The position numbers were made by a program, and so were the translations under genes. From Pseudomonadota bacterium (GTDB lineage: Bacteria; Bdellovibrionota_B; Oligoflexia; Oligoflexales; CAIYRB01), in assembly GCA_031416315.1 (NCBI GenBank), contig JANOTL010000109.1:64001-128000 (forward strand): a stretch of DNA of 64,000 bases, in the 5' to 3' direction. Shown in pieces: positions 52,891 to 63,998 of the stretch (the first letter of the stretch is position 1; each line of letters opens with the position of its first letter). A model generated the notes under the pieces. The model saw only the letters and a list, made by a program, of their open reading frames with translations. It ran no database searches and was not told the DNA's origin.

Positions 52891-54074
52891 TAGAGCGCCG
52901 GCGCCGCTTCCGCCAGCCCTGCCAGCGCCGTCCGAATCTCGTCGTCCCGTCCCATCGGCGTCAACAAGCGCCGCCCGTTCACATACGCCCCCGGCGGCCG
53001 ATCGATGCCGAGCGTCGCCGTCATGGCGCGCGCTTGCGCGGCGAAGGCCTTGGCATCATCGGAATCAACGCAGGGCGTGAACTCCGCCGAGATCAGCTGC
53101 GCTTCCTGCGCGCCTTGCGTCGTGATCCACTCCGTCAGACCGGCGACGTTCCCCGCCAGATGCAGAGGCGCGCGGTGCGCGACGTCGAGCCAAGCGGTCA
53201 GGCGGTCGCCGCCGCCTTTGGCGGCGCAGAACTGCGCGCGCGCGAACAGCTCGTCGACCGGGACGTCGCCCTTGCCCACGAAAGGAATCGGCCGCACGCC
53301 GAGCTTGCCGCCCGCGCCCTTGCGGAGAAGCTCGAGCTGCGGCCACGAAACGCGGCAGTTCTGGCAGAATGGCTGGGTGACGACGAGCGCCTCGACCGGC
53401 GCCTCGCCTTTGCCGCCGAGCGCCGCGAAATCCGTCGTCTTCATCTCGACCCGCGGCGGGCAGGGGAGCGGCGCCAGACTGACGAAGCTGCCCTCGGTCT
53501 TCATGGCGGCGCGGCGCTCCTCGACCCAGCGCTGGACCTTCTGCGCCTTGAGATGCCCCTCGATCGTCGGGCGCAGCTTCTCGAGGTTCGACTCTTTCGG
53601 AAAGCCGGACTTGTTGGCCTCGTAGAACGCCTTCACCTCGTCGTTCTCGACCGTGGCCGCATCGCCGGCGATCGCCTCGAGCTCCGGCAGCTCGCCACCG
53701 GTTTCCTTCGCGGCGCTCATGCGCAGCGCGACGCTTTCGATGATCTGGTTCTGGCGGACCCAGCCTTCCTCTAACGAGCGGACGAAGCGCGTCCGATCCG
53801 CAGGCGGCAGCTCCTGGAAGCTCACCTGCTTGTCCTTCAGCGCGAAGAGCGGCGCGGGCTTCGCTTCGCTGTCGCCGAGGTAACACTGCGCGAGGCCGCT
53901 CAGGACCGACGCCGCCGGCTTCGCCGGCTCACCGGGCGTCGCGGGCGAAGCCGGCGAGCTCGGCGCTTGGTAGCCGATCTTGCCGCCATCCGCGCTGCGC
54001 TTGCCGATCATGACGCCGGCCGCTACGCCGACCACCAACCCCGCCACCAATGCGCCGCCGAGCTTCGCTTGCAT
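52890..54074 (-). CDS. Membrane-anchored DsbA-like thioredoxin-fold protein with helical N-terminal domain
   Basis: N-terminal TM; EVKAFYEANK helical region; QPFCQNC (CxxC); GIDRPPGAYVNGR. Confidence 0.8.
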   Translation of the reverse strand: MQAKLGGALVAGLVVGVAAGVMIGKRSADGGKIGYQAPSSPASPATPGEPAKPAASVLSGLAQCYLGDSEAKPAPLFALKDKQVSFQELPPADRTRFVRSLEEGWVRQNQIIESVALRMSAAKETGGELPELEAIAGDAATVENDEVKAFYEANKSGFPKESNLEKLRPTIEGHLKAQKVQRWVEERRAAMKTEGSFVSLAPLPCPPRVEMKTTDFAALGGKGEAPVEALVVTQPFCQNCRVSWPQLELLRKGAGGKLGVRPIPFVGKGDVPVDELFARAQFCAAKGGGDRLTAWLDVAHRAPLHLAGNVAGLTEWITTQGAQEAQLISAEFTPCVDSDDAKAFAAQARAMTATLGIDRPPGAYVNGRRLLTPMGRDDEIRTALAGLAEAAPAL

Positions 54075-54125
54075 GCGAGAATTCCCAGGAAAGGGGAGAG
54101 ACGGAAGAGTAAATGTTTCCTGGGG

Positions 54126-57100
54126 TTAGGGTACCGTGAAGTCGTACTTTTTGCTACAGGTGCGCAGCGAGGGCTCGAGCGGCGAGCCGATCGGGCCGGC
54201 TGGGTTGGCCGCGTGCAGGGCCGTGAGTCCGACCGCGTCCACGCCGATCTGCTTCGTGGCGTTGGAGCCGAAGCAGCGGACGCCTTCCGGGACGACGACG
54301 CAGGCGTGGTTCTTGCCGGCCGCAACCGCGTACACATTGCTCAGTTGCGCCGGACCCGTGTCGAGGGCCATGACCGGGACCGAGGAGGCGGCGGTGTCGT
54401 CGTTCCCCAGCTGTGAGCTCGCGTTCGCGCCCCAGCAGGCGAGCTTCTTGGTGGCGAGGAGCGCGCAGGCGTGCCCGCCGCCGACCGAGATCGAGACGAC
54501 GGAGCCGAGGCTCCCCGTGCCGCCTACGTTCTGGACCGTGGTCGGGTTCTTGATCTGAGTGTAGGTCAGCGGAGCGTTGACCGCCGCGACGCCGTCCGCA
54601 TTCGAGCCCCAGCACATCGCCGTGCCGTCGGCGAAGACCGCGCAGCTCGTCTTGCCGCCGGCCGCGAGGCCGACTGCGTTGGCGATGGCGGCGTTGCTGA
54701 CGTCACGTACGAGAACTGGGAAGAGGCGGACCAAGTTGGCTGCGCCGGGCGCAACGCGGGTCAGGAGCGTGGCGTCGTTGTGGTAATAGTTGTTGTCGCC
54801 GACTTGGTCCATGTCGTTGGCGCCCCAGCAGAGGAGCGACTGGCCGGTGACGTTGGCGCCGGAGATCGAAACGCGAAGGGCGCAGGTGTGGGCAGAGCCC
54901 GCGGCGATAGAGAAGGCGTCGGTGAGATCAGCGGTGGTATCGACGTTGTCGGAGGCGTCCTTAGCGGTGACGACCTTCACCGGCCTAGGGAGAGCGGTGT
55001 GGACGGTGAGGCCGTCGCCGAGCTGGCCGTTGTCATTCCTGCCCCAGCAGAAGACTTTGCGCGTGGTGTCGACGGCGCAGGTGTGGTCGTCGCCGGTCGC
55101 GATCGCGACGATATTCGAAAGATTGGCAGCTTGTTCCGGGATCGGCTTCCGCACGAAGGCCGGGTATCTCAGCGACGCGCCGGCGCCCATCTCGCGGTTG
55201 GCGCCGAGCTGGCCGAACTCGTTCGAGCCCCAGCAGACGACCTTCTTGGCGGAAGTGAGGGCGCAAGCGTGATTCTTGCCCGCCGCCACCGCGACGAGAC
55301 CGAAGAGCTCGGAATCAAAGTCCGAAGGATCGCGAATTGCCTGCGGATCGGACGCGCTGGCCGTGGTCGAGTGCAGCACGTTGCGACCGAGCTTACCGAA
55401 GTCGTTGGCGCCCCAGCAGGAGACGCGGCCGTCGAGCTGCAAGGCGCAGGAGAAGCCGTCGCCCGCGGAGACGCTGGCCATCTTCGCCGAGGAGCAGGAG
55501 GTGCCAAGGCAGCCGTCGAAGGCCATCTGGGCGCCGGCCATCGAGGCCTCCGGCGTCGGGACGAGGGCGGGGATCGGACGGCGGAGGTTGGTCGGCGCGC
55601 CGAGGTCCTTCAGCTCGAGGAAGCGGCCGATCTTCGCGGTCTCGGTGGCGCTTCCCACTTCCCAGCTCGTAAGGTGCGTGCCGAGGTTAGTGAAGATGTT
55701 CAACTGGCCGTCGACGGAGTCGTAGTCGGCAGTGACGGCGAGCGAGGTGACGCCGGTCCCGAGGACACCAGTCGCAGTGGTGCATGCGCCCGCGCCGCAG
55801 TTGCTGCTACCGGTCCGGATGGTGATCGAGCCGGGGAGCACCACTTTGCACTGGCTAGAGAGCGTTGGTGCGAGCCATGCAAGGCCGAAGCTGCGCGACG
55901 TGTCGTCCGGAATCGAGAAGCTGATCGTACCTTGGTTCGAAACCTTGGGGGTCGTCGCGTTGGTAGTGACGGTGTAGACGACGCGGCCTTGGCCGGAGTA
56001 GCCAACGGTCGGCGTGAACGTGAAGGAGCAGATTCCCGTCGTGGCGCTGCAGGTCGGGCCGGTGGTGATCGTGCCGCCGGAAGGCGTGCCGACGACCGTC
56101 AAGGCCGTGGCCTTGTCGTTCTCGCGGTCGGTGTAGTCGGTTCCAAGCGCAAGCGCGACCACGATCGGCGTGCGGTCCGGCATGACGACCGGGAAGCTCG
56201 TGGCGACCGGGGCCTCGTCGCTCGCCGCGATGTTGATCGTGATGATTGCCGCGTTGGAGTCAACGTTCGGCGTGCCTGAGATGCGCGTCTTGTAGTGGAC
56301 CTTGGCGTTGCCCGTGAATCCGTTGTTCGGCGTAACCGTGAAGTCGCACGCGCCGGAGGAGCAAGCAATTTCCGTCGGGTTGCCGGCGATCGTGCCATTC
56401 TCGAGCGACTGGATCAGAAGCTTATCGACATTCGGGCCCGGATTGTACGTGTAACCGGCGCCGCGGGCGACGGTCAGGGGCTTCGGCTGGTTCAGGCTGC
56501 CGTTGACGGTGAAGCTCTGCGAGCGCAGCTTCGGCTTGAAGTCGACGGTGACGGTCGCCGGCGTCGTGGCCGTTTGGCCCGCCGTCTTTACGTTGAAGTT
56601 GAAAGTCGCGTTGCCGTAGTGTTGGGCGTTCGGCAGGAAGCTGACGAGGCAGATGCCGGCTGTGTCGCATTCGATCGGGCTATCCGGCGACAGGGTGCCG
56701 TTGACCGCGCCCGAGACTTGGAGCTCCGTGGCGAGATCGGTCGCGTTGACGTCGGTGTAGCCGGTGGTCGCCCCTTTCGAGATAGCGATGAGCTTGGCGG
56801 TCTCGTCGGAGCCAATGAAGCTGAGGTTGTAGACGACCGGAGGCGTCGGCACGGGGACGACGTCGATGGTCAGGTTCGCGTAGTTCGACCATGTCGGGGC
56901 GCCGGCGGGGCCGGCCTTTAGGCGGTACTTGAGCGCGACCGTGCCGACGTAGACGGGAGTCGGCGGAGTGTAGGTGAACGTGCAGGTGCCGGTCGTGCAG
57001 GAGCCGATCGCGACCGTGCCCTTGGCGGCTGGGACTGGGGTCAAATCGTCGTTGACGATTTGGAGCTGCGTCGCTTCGTCGTAGATATGCGTCCCGTGCT

Positions 57101-60100
57101 TCGCGTAGTCGGTGACCTTCACGATCGAGCCGTTGAGCGGTGTGTTTTCCGACGTGGTCCGCGTGGCGTTGGCGGCAAGGAGGTGCTTCGAGACCGCGAT
57201 CGTACCCGTTCCGGTCCCCGACCAGACTTCCCAAACGCTGACCTTGTAGTCGAAGGTGAGCGAGCCCTCAAAGTTGAGCGCCGGCATGATCTTCAGCGTC
57301 AGGATCTTGGTCACCTGATCGAAGGACGATTCCTGGATCGAGCCGTTCTGCACGTTGAACGCGTCGATCTGAATGTTTTTGCCAGTGAAGTTCGCGTCGT
57401 CGGCGTAGGTGTAGCCCCAGACCGTGGAGCCGTTCTCGCGGCCTAGGTAAACGGTGATGGGCTCGTTAACCGAGGTCGTGAACTGAGCGGGGCTGGTGAC
57501 GACCGGGGTCGCTTTGACCCAGAAGCGATAGAGGCCGTCGGCGACGATGTAGGTGTTTCGGTTGCCGCTGTCATAGTGGAATGGATACGGGACACCGCGC
57601 GTGTGGTAGGTGCGCGAGTATGTGTCCCCGACGTACGCCTTCCACTTGAACTCGACTAATCCCCAGTCGAAGGTCGACGTCGTTTTGAAGTCGAAGGAAC
57701 AGGTGCCGTTAGCATCGCAGTTGGTCGTTTCGCAGGCAAAGTCCACTGACGTCGTGCCGGAGCAGGTGACGCCCGAGCCCGTGATCGCCGCGGAAACAAA
57801 GGGCGATCGCAGGCGAGCCAAGGCTTCCGGGGCGAATCCGAAGACCTTGATCTTCGTCGCGTTGGCCGTAAAGCCGGTGGCTGTGTCTAACGGCGTGAAG
57901 TATTCGTGATCTTTGTAGTCGGTGACGGGGGCCGTGCCCCGCTTACGGAAGCTGATCACCTTGGTCGAGTTCTGGGCCACGTTCTCGATCATTTTTTCAT
58001 TACGAATACATATGTAGTCAGGGTCGGTGTACAACGGCTCGTGCGGGCAGATGTTGCGCGTGGCGACCTTGGGAATGATGCGCGTAAAGAAGGTCTGGGT
58101 GTTGGTCGCACAGCCGAGGTCGTCGTAGCCGCGGAGGAGAACGGACGCATAGCTCAGCTGGTCGTCGTTGAAATCCGTCGGCGTGGCGAAGCCGGGGAGC
58201 GACCAGTCGAAGGTGCAGACACCGTTGACGCAGACGGGCGTCGAGATCGTGCTGCCATAGGCATCGACGACCGTGATACTCGAAAGCGGACGACGCTCGG
58301 CTCCGGAGGCGGGGTAGTTGTAGTGATTGCCATTGGCGCCGACCGCGCCGATCGTGGTGCTGAACGTGGAGCCTTGGTCCGCGTTGCTGTTCAGGAAGAC
58401 GTGAGGCTCGAGCTCGCCGGAGAGGAGGCAGCCCTGCCCGCCGCCGTTCAACGAGACCTTGAAGGTGATCTTCTTCCAGTCGCTTTTCGTGACCAGCTCG
58501 TTGTTGAAGAAGTGCGTGCCTTGTGGGGTCGAGTACGTGAGGTTCTCAGCCGACACGACGCGGTACCAGAAACCTGCCGAAGCCGGGTAGCTCGGGTACG
58601 TGGTCGCGGACTTGAATCCGCCCTGGCAGAAGCCGCTGCTGCAGACCATCGGGCCGTCCAACGTGCCGCCGGTCGGGGCCGGAGCGCCGTTCGTGCCGTC
58701 GCCGATCTCGATCGAGGTCGCCAAGTCGGAGCCCGGGTAGGGCCAACCCGAAGGAGCCCAGTGGTTGACCGCGAACGCGTCGTCCGGATCGATCGGAGCG
58801 ATGCCCGGCTTCAGGATGAAGTTCTTGGTGGCGTTGCGCCCGAGGGTGAAGTCGGTTTCGTAATTGGCAACCGTGACGTCTGGGTCTTGGGTGCCGTGCA
58901 CCGGCAAGTGCTCGTTGACGAAGGGGGTCGAGTCGCCGGAGGAGATGTAGATCGAGAGAGTCGACCACAATGGCTGCTCTTTCAGCACGCCGCCGTTATC
59001 CGTCGTCACCTTGTATTTGACGGTCGCGACGTCGTTGACCTTCGTGCCGTTCGGCGTGAAATTTAGGGTGCAAGCACCGCTCGGGTCGCACTCGAAGGCG
59101 TCGTTGGCGTCCTTGCCAGAGGCATAGTTGAGCGTGCCGCCAACCAAGGTCGCAGGATCGATACGGACCTTTACGGCCTTGTCGTCGTCGACGTCATAGT
59201 AGCCGAAGCGCCAGTGCTCCCACCATCCCGGGTTACTGTCGAGGTTGCCGCGACGCGGGTTGTTGGCGGCTGCGGCGTTTATGTAAGGCTTGAGGACGAT
59301 GTTCATGGGCGTGCCGACGCCGTTCGCATAGAACGTGCCGGTCGAGAGCAAGGCGTCGGGGTGCGCGACGAAGAGATACTGGCGGTTCAGCATCAGCGTT
59401 TGCGCGTTGTCGCCGAACACCTGCGGTGCGTCATCGACCGCCGTGTAGGTCAGGGTCATGGTCTTGTTCGCGGACCAGAGGCCGTTGGCCTTCACTCGGT
59501 ACGTGATGATCCCCTGGCCGGCCTTGTCGAAGGTCGGGGTAACGTTGACATTGCAGACGCCCGCCGGGTCGCAGCCGGTCTGCGCGGCGACTTGGAACAT
59601 GGCGGCGTCAAAGCTGATGACCTCCACGTCGGTCGCGCGCATCGGATAGCCGTCCGGATCGCTCACGTAGGAGGCATTGATCTGTGTCGCTGTCCTATAG
59701 CCGTCGCTCGGCTGCAGGACGATCGTTGCGGTCGTATCCTCGAGCATCGTCTGGGTGATTGCGTCCGCGACGGGCGCCAAAGCTTCCTTGATATCGAACG
59801 TGATGACGCCCGTGTCAGTGCTCAAAGTGTTGGTATTGATCACATTGCTATGCGTCTTAAGCTTCCAGCTGATGAGGCGGGTGTCGTTGACGACGTCGAC
59901 TGGAGGGGTCCAAGTCCACTTGCAAGCGGCCGTGCCGCAGGTACAGACGACATCGGGCGCGCTGACGGCACAGATCGTATTGTCACCACCGTTGGCGACG
60001 GAGACGCCGGAGAATGTGCCCGAGACGAGCGCGTTGCTGGCGTTCAGGAAGCGCAGCTCGACGACGTCGTCGTCGTTGGTGTCCTTGTACCATTTACCGT

Positions 60101-63100
60101 TGCCGCACGAGATGTTGTCGCGCGCCATGGACGTCGGCTTCGGCTGGTTCTTGAAGACGATAAGGGTCTTGTCGCAAGGATCCGGAGGGTTGTCGTTGGG
60201 CTCGACGTGGATGCGCATCCACGTCGACGTGTTGGTCAAAAGGTCCGACTTGACGTCGTCCACCGCGCCGCAGCCGCCGTTGAGGGTGCGACAAACTTGA
60301 TACTGAAGGTCTACGTCGCCGTACCAGTAGGAGGTCGTGCGGAACGTGCCGGTCCATACGCCTGCCGAGATCGACTGGTCGACGATGGAGCCTTTGCTGG
60401 AGAAGTTGCCGGCGGGAGTGACGATCAGCAAGTCCTGCAGCGTCGCAACTTGGGGGTTGTCGGCCTGGGTGTACCCGTTTCCGAGCTCGATGCGCAGCGG
60501 AACGTCCGTGACCGGAATCAGGACGCCGTTAACTAGGACCTGCTGCTTGTCGAAGGCCCGGCCGGTGAGGGCGTGCTCGAAGACCTGCGAGACCGTGCCT
60601 GTCGCTTCGTCTGAAACCGAAGTGAAGTGCGTCGAGTCCGAGGAATGCGTGACGCGAACGCGATATTTGAAGGTCGAGTCACCGGTGTAGACCAACTTCG
60701 CCGGCGCGAAGCTCGCGGAGCAGATGCCCGTCGCGCAGCCCGTGACCGTTATCGTTCCCCAAGGCACGCCGGCCTTGTTCGGTTGCTGCGTGATCTCGAT
60801 GTCGGTCGTGAGCTCCGGCAACAGTCCCCAAGGCGCGTCATACGCGTCGAACTCGACCTGAGCGGGAACCGCGGTGTTGGCGAACTTCAAGGGAACCGTA
60901 CGGCCTTGGACCGTATTGAGCGTGAACGGCTTGGCAACGGTGCGCGGCATGATGATGATCGAGTACGTCGTCTCTTCGCTCGGGAAGGGTAGGTACTTGA
61001 CCGCGTCGCCGACGACGGTCTTCAGCTTGAACGTGGCAGCTGCCGTCGTGTTATCACCCGAGACGTTATTCGAGTCCGGAACGAAGTCGGCATAACAATT
61101 GTCGCCGGCGCAGGAGAAGTTGCTGGAGAAGGAGCCGCCGGTCTGGCTGACGACGAGGATCTTGGCCGGGTTCGCGTGCGTCCCGGCACGGCTGTGGGTG
61201 TAGTCGATGCCTTTTTTCACGACGATGCGCATCTGCTCGCCGGCCGGCTTCGTCACGTCGCCGATGCCTTCGACCCAGCGGAGCTCGCGGGTTGCGGCTG
61301 TACGAATCGGGCGGGGGAAGACATCGAGGTTGTAGACGCCGACTGGCGTAGTCGACCACACGGTTCCGTGGGCGGCAGTGGTAGCGACCACGTAGTCAAA
61401 CTGCGTGTAGCTGGTCGGATCGGTTGTGAAGAAGCCGTCGTTCGGAGTGAAATTGGCGGAGCATACCCCAGAACCAGTGCAGCTCCAGCCGCTGAGGGTG
61501 CCGTCGGGGGTCAAAGTCAACGAGCCAGGCCGCGCCCAAAAGGAGCCTGGATCGGATAGGAGATGTGTATAGCCAGAGTTCAAGCTCACCGAGACCGCCG
61601 TCGTGACGGGCGAGCCCGCTGGGCCTGCCTCGACGACCGCCGTTTTCGTCGTCGCCTTGGCGCGCGGGTAGAAGTAGACGGCTGAAGTGCCAAGTATGTG
61701 CGACTCGAAGTTGTTCACGTCGCGCACGTGGTAGGTGAAACTGGCGTTCGTCGCGAACGACCCGCCGGAGAGCGGTGTGACGTTGACGTCGCAGACGTTC
61801 GCAACGCAACTTTGCCACGTGCCGCTGCCGGCGATCGTCGCGTTGTTGACCGAGGCGACTTTGTACTGCGAGATCGTGTGGCCGAGAGTATGCTCAAAGC
61901 CGCCGACGCTGGTACCGCCGGTTCCGGACGCGATCGAGACGACCTTGACGACGTCCTCTTCGCCTTCGTTGGCGCCCGCCGGGTAGTTGCGCGAGTTGGC
62001 GAGAACGCGCGGCGTCATCGTGATGGTGACGGTGCTCGCGTTCATGGCGGCCAACGGTGTGATGCCGTCGGCTTCGACGTAGCTCAGATCGCGCGTCCGG
62101 AAGGTAAAGCCGCCGGAGAGATTGCCTTCGCCGTCAGCCCAAGCGCGTGGCGTGAAGCGGATGATGCAATCGCCGCTGCTGCAAGGACAATGGAGCTCTG
62201 TGCCGGCTACCGTACAGCTCAGGTCCGAGCCGCCAATGCTCGTGCGGTACTTGACCGTATCGCTAAGCGCATTGGAGATGTTCGTGATCACGACGCTGCC
62301 CGCGTCGTGGTCGTCTTGGTGCGTGTAGCCGAGGCCCGCGCCGCGACTGATCACGATGTTGATCGCCGTGCCTTCGGTCGTGGACGCGGTCAAGTTTTGC
62401 GTGCGATGTCGCGGCACGAAGGTGACGCTACCAGATGAAGCAGTGTCCTGAGTGACGCCGTTGACCGTTACTTTTGTCGTGAACGTGACGACCTGCGCGG
62501 TAGTGCTCAAAAGTTTGACCGTGCACACGCCGGTCCCGCTGTTACAAGTCGGCGGTTCGGCAAGGGAAGCGCCGCCGCTGATGTTTTCGACCGCGATGGT
62601 GTCTGCGTAGTGCTGGGTACCGTGGACGTTTGCCTCGTTGTTCGGGAACACATAGCCGCATTGCGTGACGGCGCCGGCCGGGCAGAGTCCGGAAACTCTG
62701 TTTCTAACTTGAAAGGTATAGGTTTCGTTCTCGATCGCGTTCCCAAAGCTTATGTTGTCGGGCTTTGGCAGCGGGCGGAAGTAAACGTAGCCGATGCCAT
62801 AGAGCTGGCTCGTGGGCGGTTTTACAGTCTTCGTCTCGATAAAATGCTCGATTTGGTACTTGAAGCGTGCCCAGCCCCAGCGCTGATTCGTGCCAGGGCT
62901 GCCGCCCGGGCCATAGTCGCTCGCAAGAAATGAACCCGTTGATATCGGGGACAGATCAATCCGGCAATTCCCGGTGCTCGAGTCGCATAAGGTTGCGTCG
63001 TTCTCGATCGTCGGGCCGTCGAGGTTGGCGTTGTTCACGTAACCGCTGACGTTGTTCTTCTTGAAATAGATCGTTGTCGCTTTCGTATTTTCGGCGTGCG

Positions 63101-63998
63101 TGTAGCCATTGCCCAAAGACGCAATGAATGGGTAGAGGGTCCCTTCGACGCCGTCGTAGCGGATGACGCGGGCTTCCGAGGCTGAAGGATTGAGCGGCTG
63201 CGGAATCAAATCGAACGTGACGGTCGACCAGTTGGACCAGACGATCTTCCCTCCCGTAAAGCTCGTGTCATTAACGCCGATCGCATACTGGATTGAAGCT
63301 TCCTCGGCATCAGTTTGACGGTTGTAGTTGGCTTCAGGTTTGATACGGACCGTACAGATTTTGCTCGGACACTGGACGCCATCCACAGGCGTCGGATTGC
63401 AGTCGGTGGTCACGCCCCCGGCATAGCACGACACGTGTTCTGGGTTTTGGTACCTGACGTAGACATCTGCCGCGGCGTTGCCAAACCAGGTGTCGTCTTG
63501 GTAGGTGAAGCCGTTGTTGCGCTGGACAGTGAAGGTGAAATACTCAGCGTTATTGGCATTTTCGACCTGCGTGACCGTCTGCGTCGCTGGCACGACCGGC
63601 TTAGCGCGGAGGTTGTAGCGAACGCGAGCGGTGCCACCCGACGATACTGATGACGGGCTTAGCGCGGCGTAGTTTGTGCGTACCGAGTATTCGAGGAAGA
63701 CCTGATTCGCTGCGCTTCGCGTGGAGTAAGCCCCGTATTCCGCGCTCGACGCGCCAATCTTGGGCGTGAACATGGCATTGCAGCCAGATGCATCGCAGGT
63801 CCAAGAGCCCACGGAGCTGCTGGTCGACGGCGTTGCGTCGACGCCTTCGAGAGGGTCGGACCACGCGTGGGTGTAGCCGAGGTTCGCGCCAATCGCTAGG
63901 TTGACGGCCGTCGGCTCGCCTTCGACGACGACCTTCTCCGTCGTGCCATAGCTCGCCACCGGCTTCGGATAGACAACCACGTTGGCGCGACCGACGTT
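54126..63998 (-). CDS. Giant Cys-rich surface protein: ~21 Ig/cadherin-like repeats plus C-terminal RCC1/BLIP-II repeats (5' end beyond window)
   Basis: Frame is open to the window edge (>3,284 aa). Repeat pattern GY[T]H/D..A...C-x3-5-C.F/YTP..G.F.Y.V; C-terminal AGxxHxCAL..CWG.N..GQLG repeats. Confidence 0.9.
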   Translation of the reverse strand, partial: NVGRANVVVYPKPVASYGTTEKVVVEGEPTAVNLAIGANLGYTHAWSDPLEGVDATPSTSSSVGSWTCDASGCNAMFTPKIGASSAEYGAYSTRSAANQVFLEYSVRTNYAALSPSSVSSGGTARVRYNLRAKPVVPATQTVTQVENANNAEYFTFTVQRNNGFTYQDDTWFGNAAADVYVRYQNPEHVSCYAGGVTTDCNPTPVDGVQCPSKICTVRIKPEANYNRQTDAEEASIQYAIGVNDTSFTGGKIVWSNWSTVTFDLIPQPLNPSASEARVIRYDGVEGTLYPFIASLGNGYTHAENTKATTIYFKKNNVSGYVNNANLDGPTIENDATLCDSSTGNCRIDLSPISTGSFLASDYGPGGSPGTNQRWGWARFKYQIEHFIETKTVKPPTSQLYGIGYVYFRPLPKPDNISFGNAIENETYTFQVRNRVSGLCPAGAVTQCGYVFPNNEANVHGTQHYADTIAVENISGGASLAEPPTCNSGTGVCTVKLLSTTAQVVTFTTKVTVNGVTQDTASSGSVTFVPRHRTQNLTASTTEGTAINIVISRGAGLGYTHQDDHDAGSVVITNISNALSDTVKYRTSIGGSDLSCTVAGTELHCPCSSGDCIIRFTPRAWADGEGNLSGGFTFRTRDLSYVEADGITPLAAMNASTVTITMTPRVLANSRNYPAGANEGEEDVVKVVSIASGTGGTSVGGFEHTLGHTISQYKVASVNNATIAGSGTWQSCVANVCDVNVTPLSGGSFATNASFTYHVRDVNNFESHILGTSAVYFYPRAKATTKTAVVEAGPAGSPVTTAVSVSLNSGYTHLLSDPGSFWARPGSLTLTPDGTLSGWSCTGSGVCSANFTPNDGFFTTDPTSYTQFDYVVATTAAHGTVWSTTPVGVYNLDVFPRPIRTAATRELRWVEGIGDVTKPAGEQMRIVVKKGIDYTHSRAGTHANPAKILVVSQTGGSFSSNFSCAGDNCYADFVPDSNNVSGDNTTAAATFKLKTVVGDAVKYLPFPSEETTYSIIIMPRTVAKPFTLNTVQGRTVPLKFANTAVPAQVEFDAYDAPWGLLPELTTDIEITQQPNKAGVPWGTITVTGCATGICSASFAPAKLVYTGDSTFKYRVRVTHSSDSTHFTSVSDEATGTVSQVFEHALTGRAFDKQQVLVNGVLIPVTDVPLRIELGNGYTQADNPQVATLQDLLIVTPAGNFSSKGSIVDQSISAGVWTGTFRTTSYWYGDVDLQYQVCRTLNGGCGAVDDVKSDLLTNTSTWMRIHVEPNDNPPDPCDKTLIVFKNQPKPTSMARDNISCGNGKWYKDTNDDDVVELRFLNASNALVSGTFSGVSVANGGDNTICAVSAPDVVCTCGTAACKWTWTPPVDVVNDTRLISWKLKTHSNVINTNTLSTDTGVITFDIKEALAPVADAITQTMLEDTTATIVLQPSDGYRTATQINASYVSDPDGYPMRATDVEVISFDAAMFQVAAQTGCDPAGVCNVNVTPTFDKAGQGIITYRVKANGLWSANKTMTLTYTAVDDAPQVFGDNAQTLMLNRQYLFVAHPDALLSTGTFYANGVGTPMNIVLKPYINAAAANNPRRGNLDSNPGWWEHWRFGYYDVDDDKAVKVRIDPATLVGGTLNYASGKDANDAFECDPSGACTLNFTPNGTKVNDVATVKYKVTTDNGGVLKEQPLWSTLSIYISSGDSTPFVNEHLPVHGTQDPDVTVANYETDFTLGRNATKNFILKPGIAPIDPDDAFAVNHWAPSGWPYPGSDLATSIEIGDGTNGAPAPTGGTLDGPMVCSSGFCQGGFKSATTYPSYPASAGFWYRVVSAENLTYSTPQGTHFFNNELVTKSDWKKITFKVSLNGGGQGCLLSGELEPHVFLNSNADQGSTFSTTIGAVGANGNHYNYPASGAERRPLSSITVVDAYGSTISTPVCVNGVCTFDWSLPGFATPTDFNDDQLSYASVLLRGYDDLGCATNTQTFFTRIIPKVATRNICPHEPLYTDPDYICIRNEKMIENVAQNSTKVISFRKRGTAPVTDYKDHEYFTPLDTATGFTANATKIKVFGFAPEALARLRSPFVSAAITGSGVTCSGTTSVDFACETTNCDANGTCSFDFKTTSTFDWGLVEFKWKAYVGDTYSRTYHTRGVPYPFHYDSGNRNTYIVADGLYRFWVKATPVVTSPAQFTTSVNEPITVYLGRENGSTVWGYTYADDANFTGKNIQIDAFNVQNGSIQESSFDQVTKILTLKIMPALNFEGSLTFDYKVSVWEVWSGTGTGTIAVSKHLLAANATRTTSENTPLNGSIVKVTDYAKHGTHIYDEATQLQIVNDDLTPVPAAKGTVAIGSCTTGTCTFTYTPPTPVYVGTVALKYRLKAGPAGAPTWSNYANLTIDVVPVPTPPVVYNLSFIGSDETAKLIAISKGATTGYTDVNATDLATELQVSGAVNGTLSPDSPIECDTAGICLVSFLPNAQHYGNATFNFNVKTAGQTATTPATVTVDFKPKLRSQSFTVNGSLNQPKPLTVARGAGYTYNPGPNVDKLLIQSLENGTIAGNPTEIACSSGACDFTVTPNNGFTGNAKVHYKTRISGTPNVDSNAAIITINIAASDEAPVATSFPVVMPDRTPIVVALALGTDYTDRENDKATALTVVGTPSGGTITTGPTCSATTGICSFTFTPTVGYSGQGRVVYTVTTNATTPKVSNQGTISFSIPDDTSRSFGLAWLAPTLSSQCKVVLPGSITIRTGSSNCGAGACTTATGVLGTGVTSLAVTADYDSVDGQLNIFTNLGTHLTSWEVGSATETAKIGRFLELKDLGAPTNLRRPIPALVPTPEASMAGAQMAFDGCLGTSCSSAKMASVSAGDGFSCALQLDGRVSCWGANDFGKLGRNVLHSTTASASDPQAIRDPSDFDSELFGLVAVAAGKNHACALTSAKKVVCWGSNEFGQLGANREMGAGASLRYPAFVRKPIPEQAANLSNIVAIATGDDHTCAVDTTRKVFCWGRNDNGQLGDGLTVHTALPRPVKVVTAKDASDNVDTTADLTDAFSIAAGSAHTCALRVSISGANVTGQSLLCWGANDMDQVGDNNYYHNDATLLTRVAPGAANLVRLFPVLVRDVSNAAIANAVGLAAGGKTSCAVFADGTAMCWGSNADGVAAVNAPLTYTQIKNPTTVQNVGGTGSLGSVVSISVGGGHACALLATKKLACWGANASSQLGNDDTAASSVPVMALDTGPAQLSNVYAVAAGKNHACVVVPEGVRCFGSNATKQIGVDAVGLTALHAANPAGPIGSPLEPSLRTCSKKYDFTVP

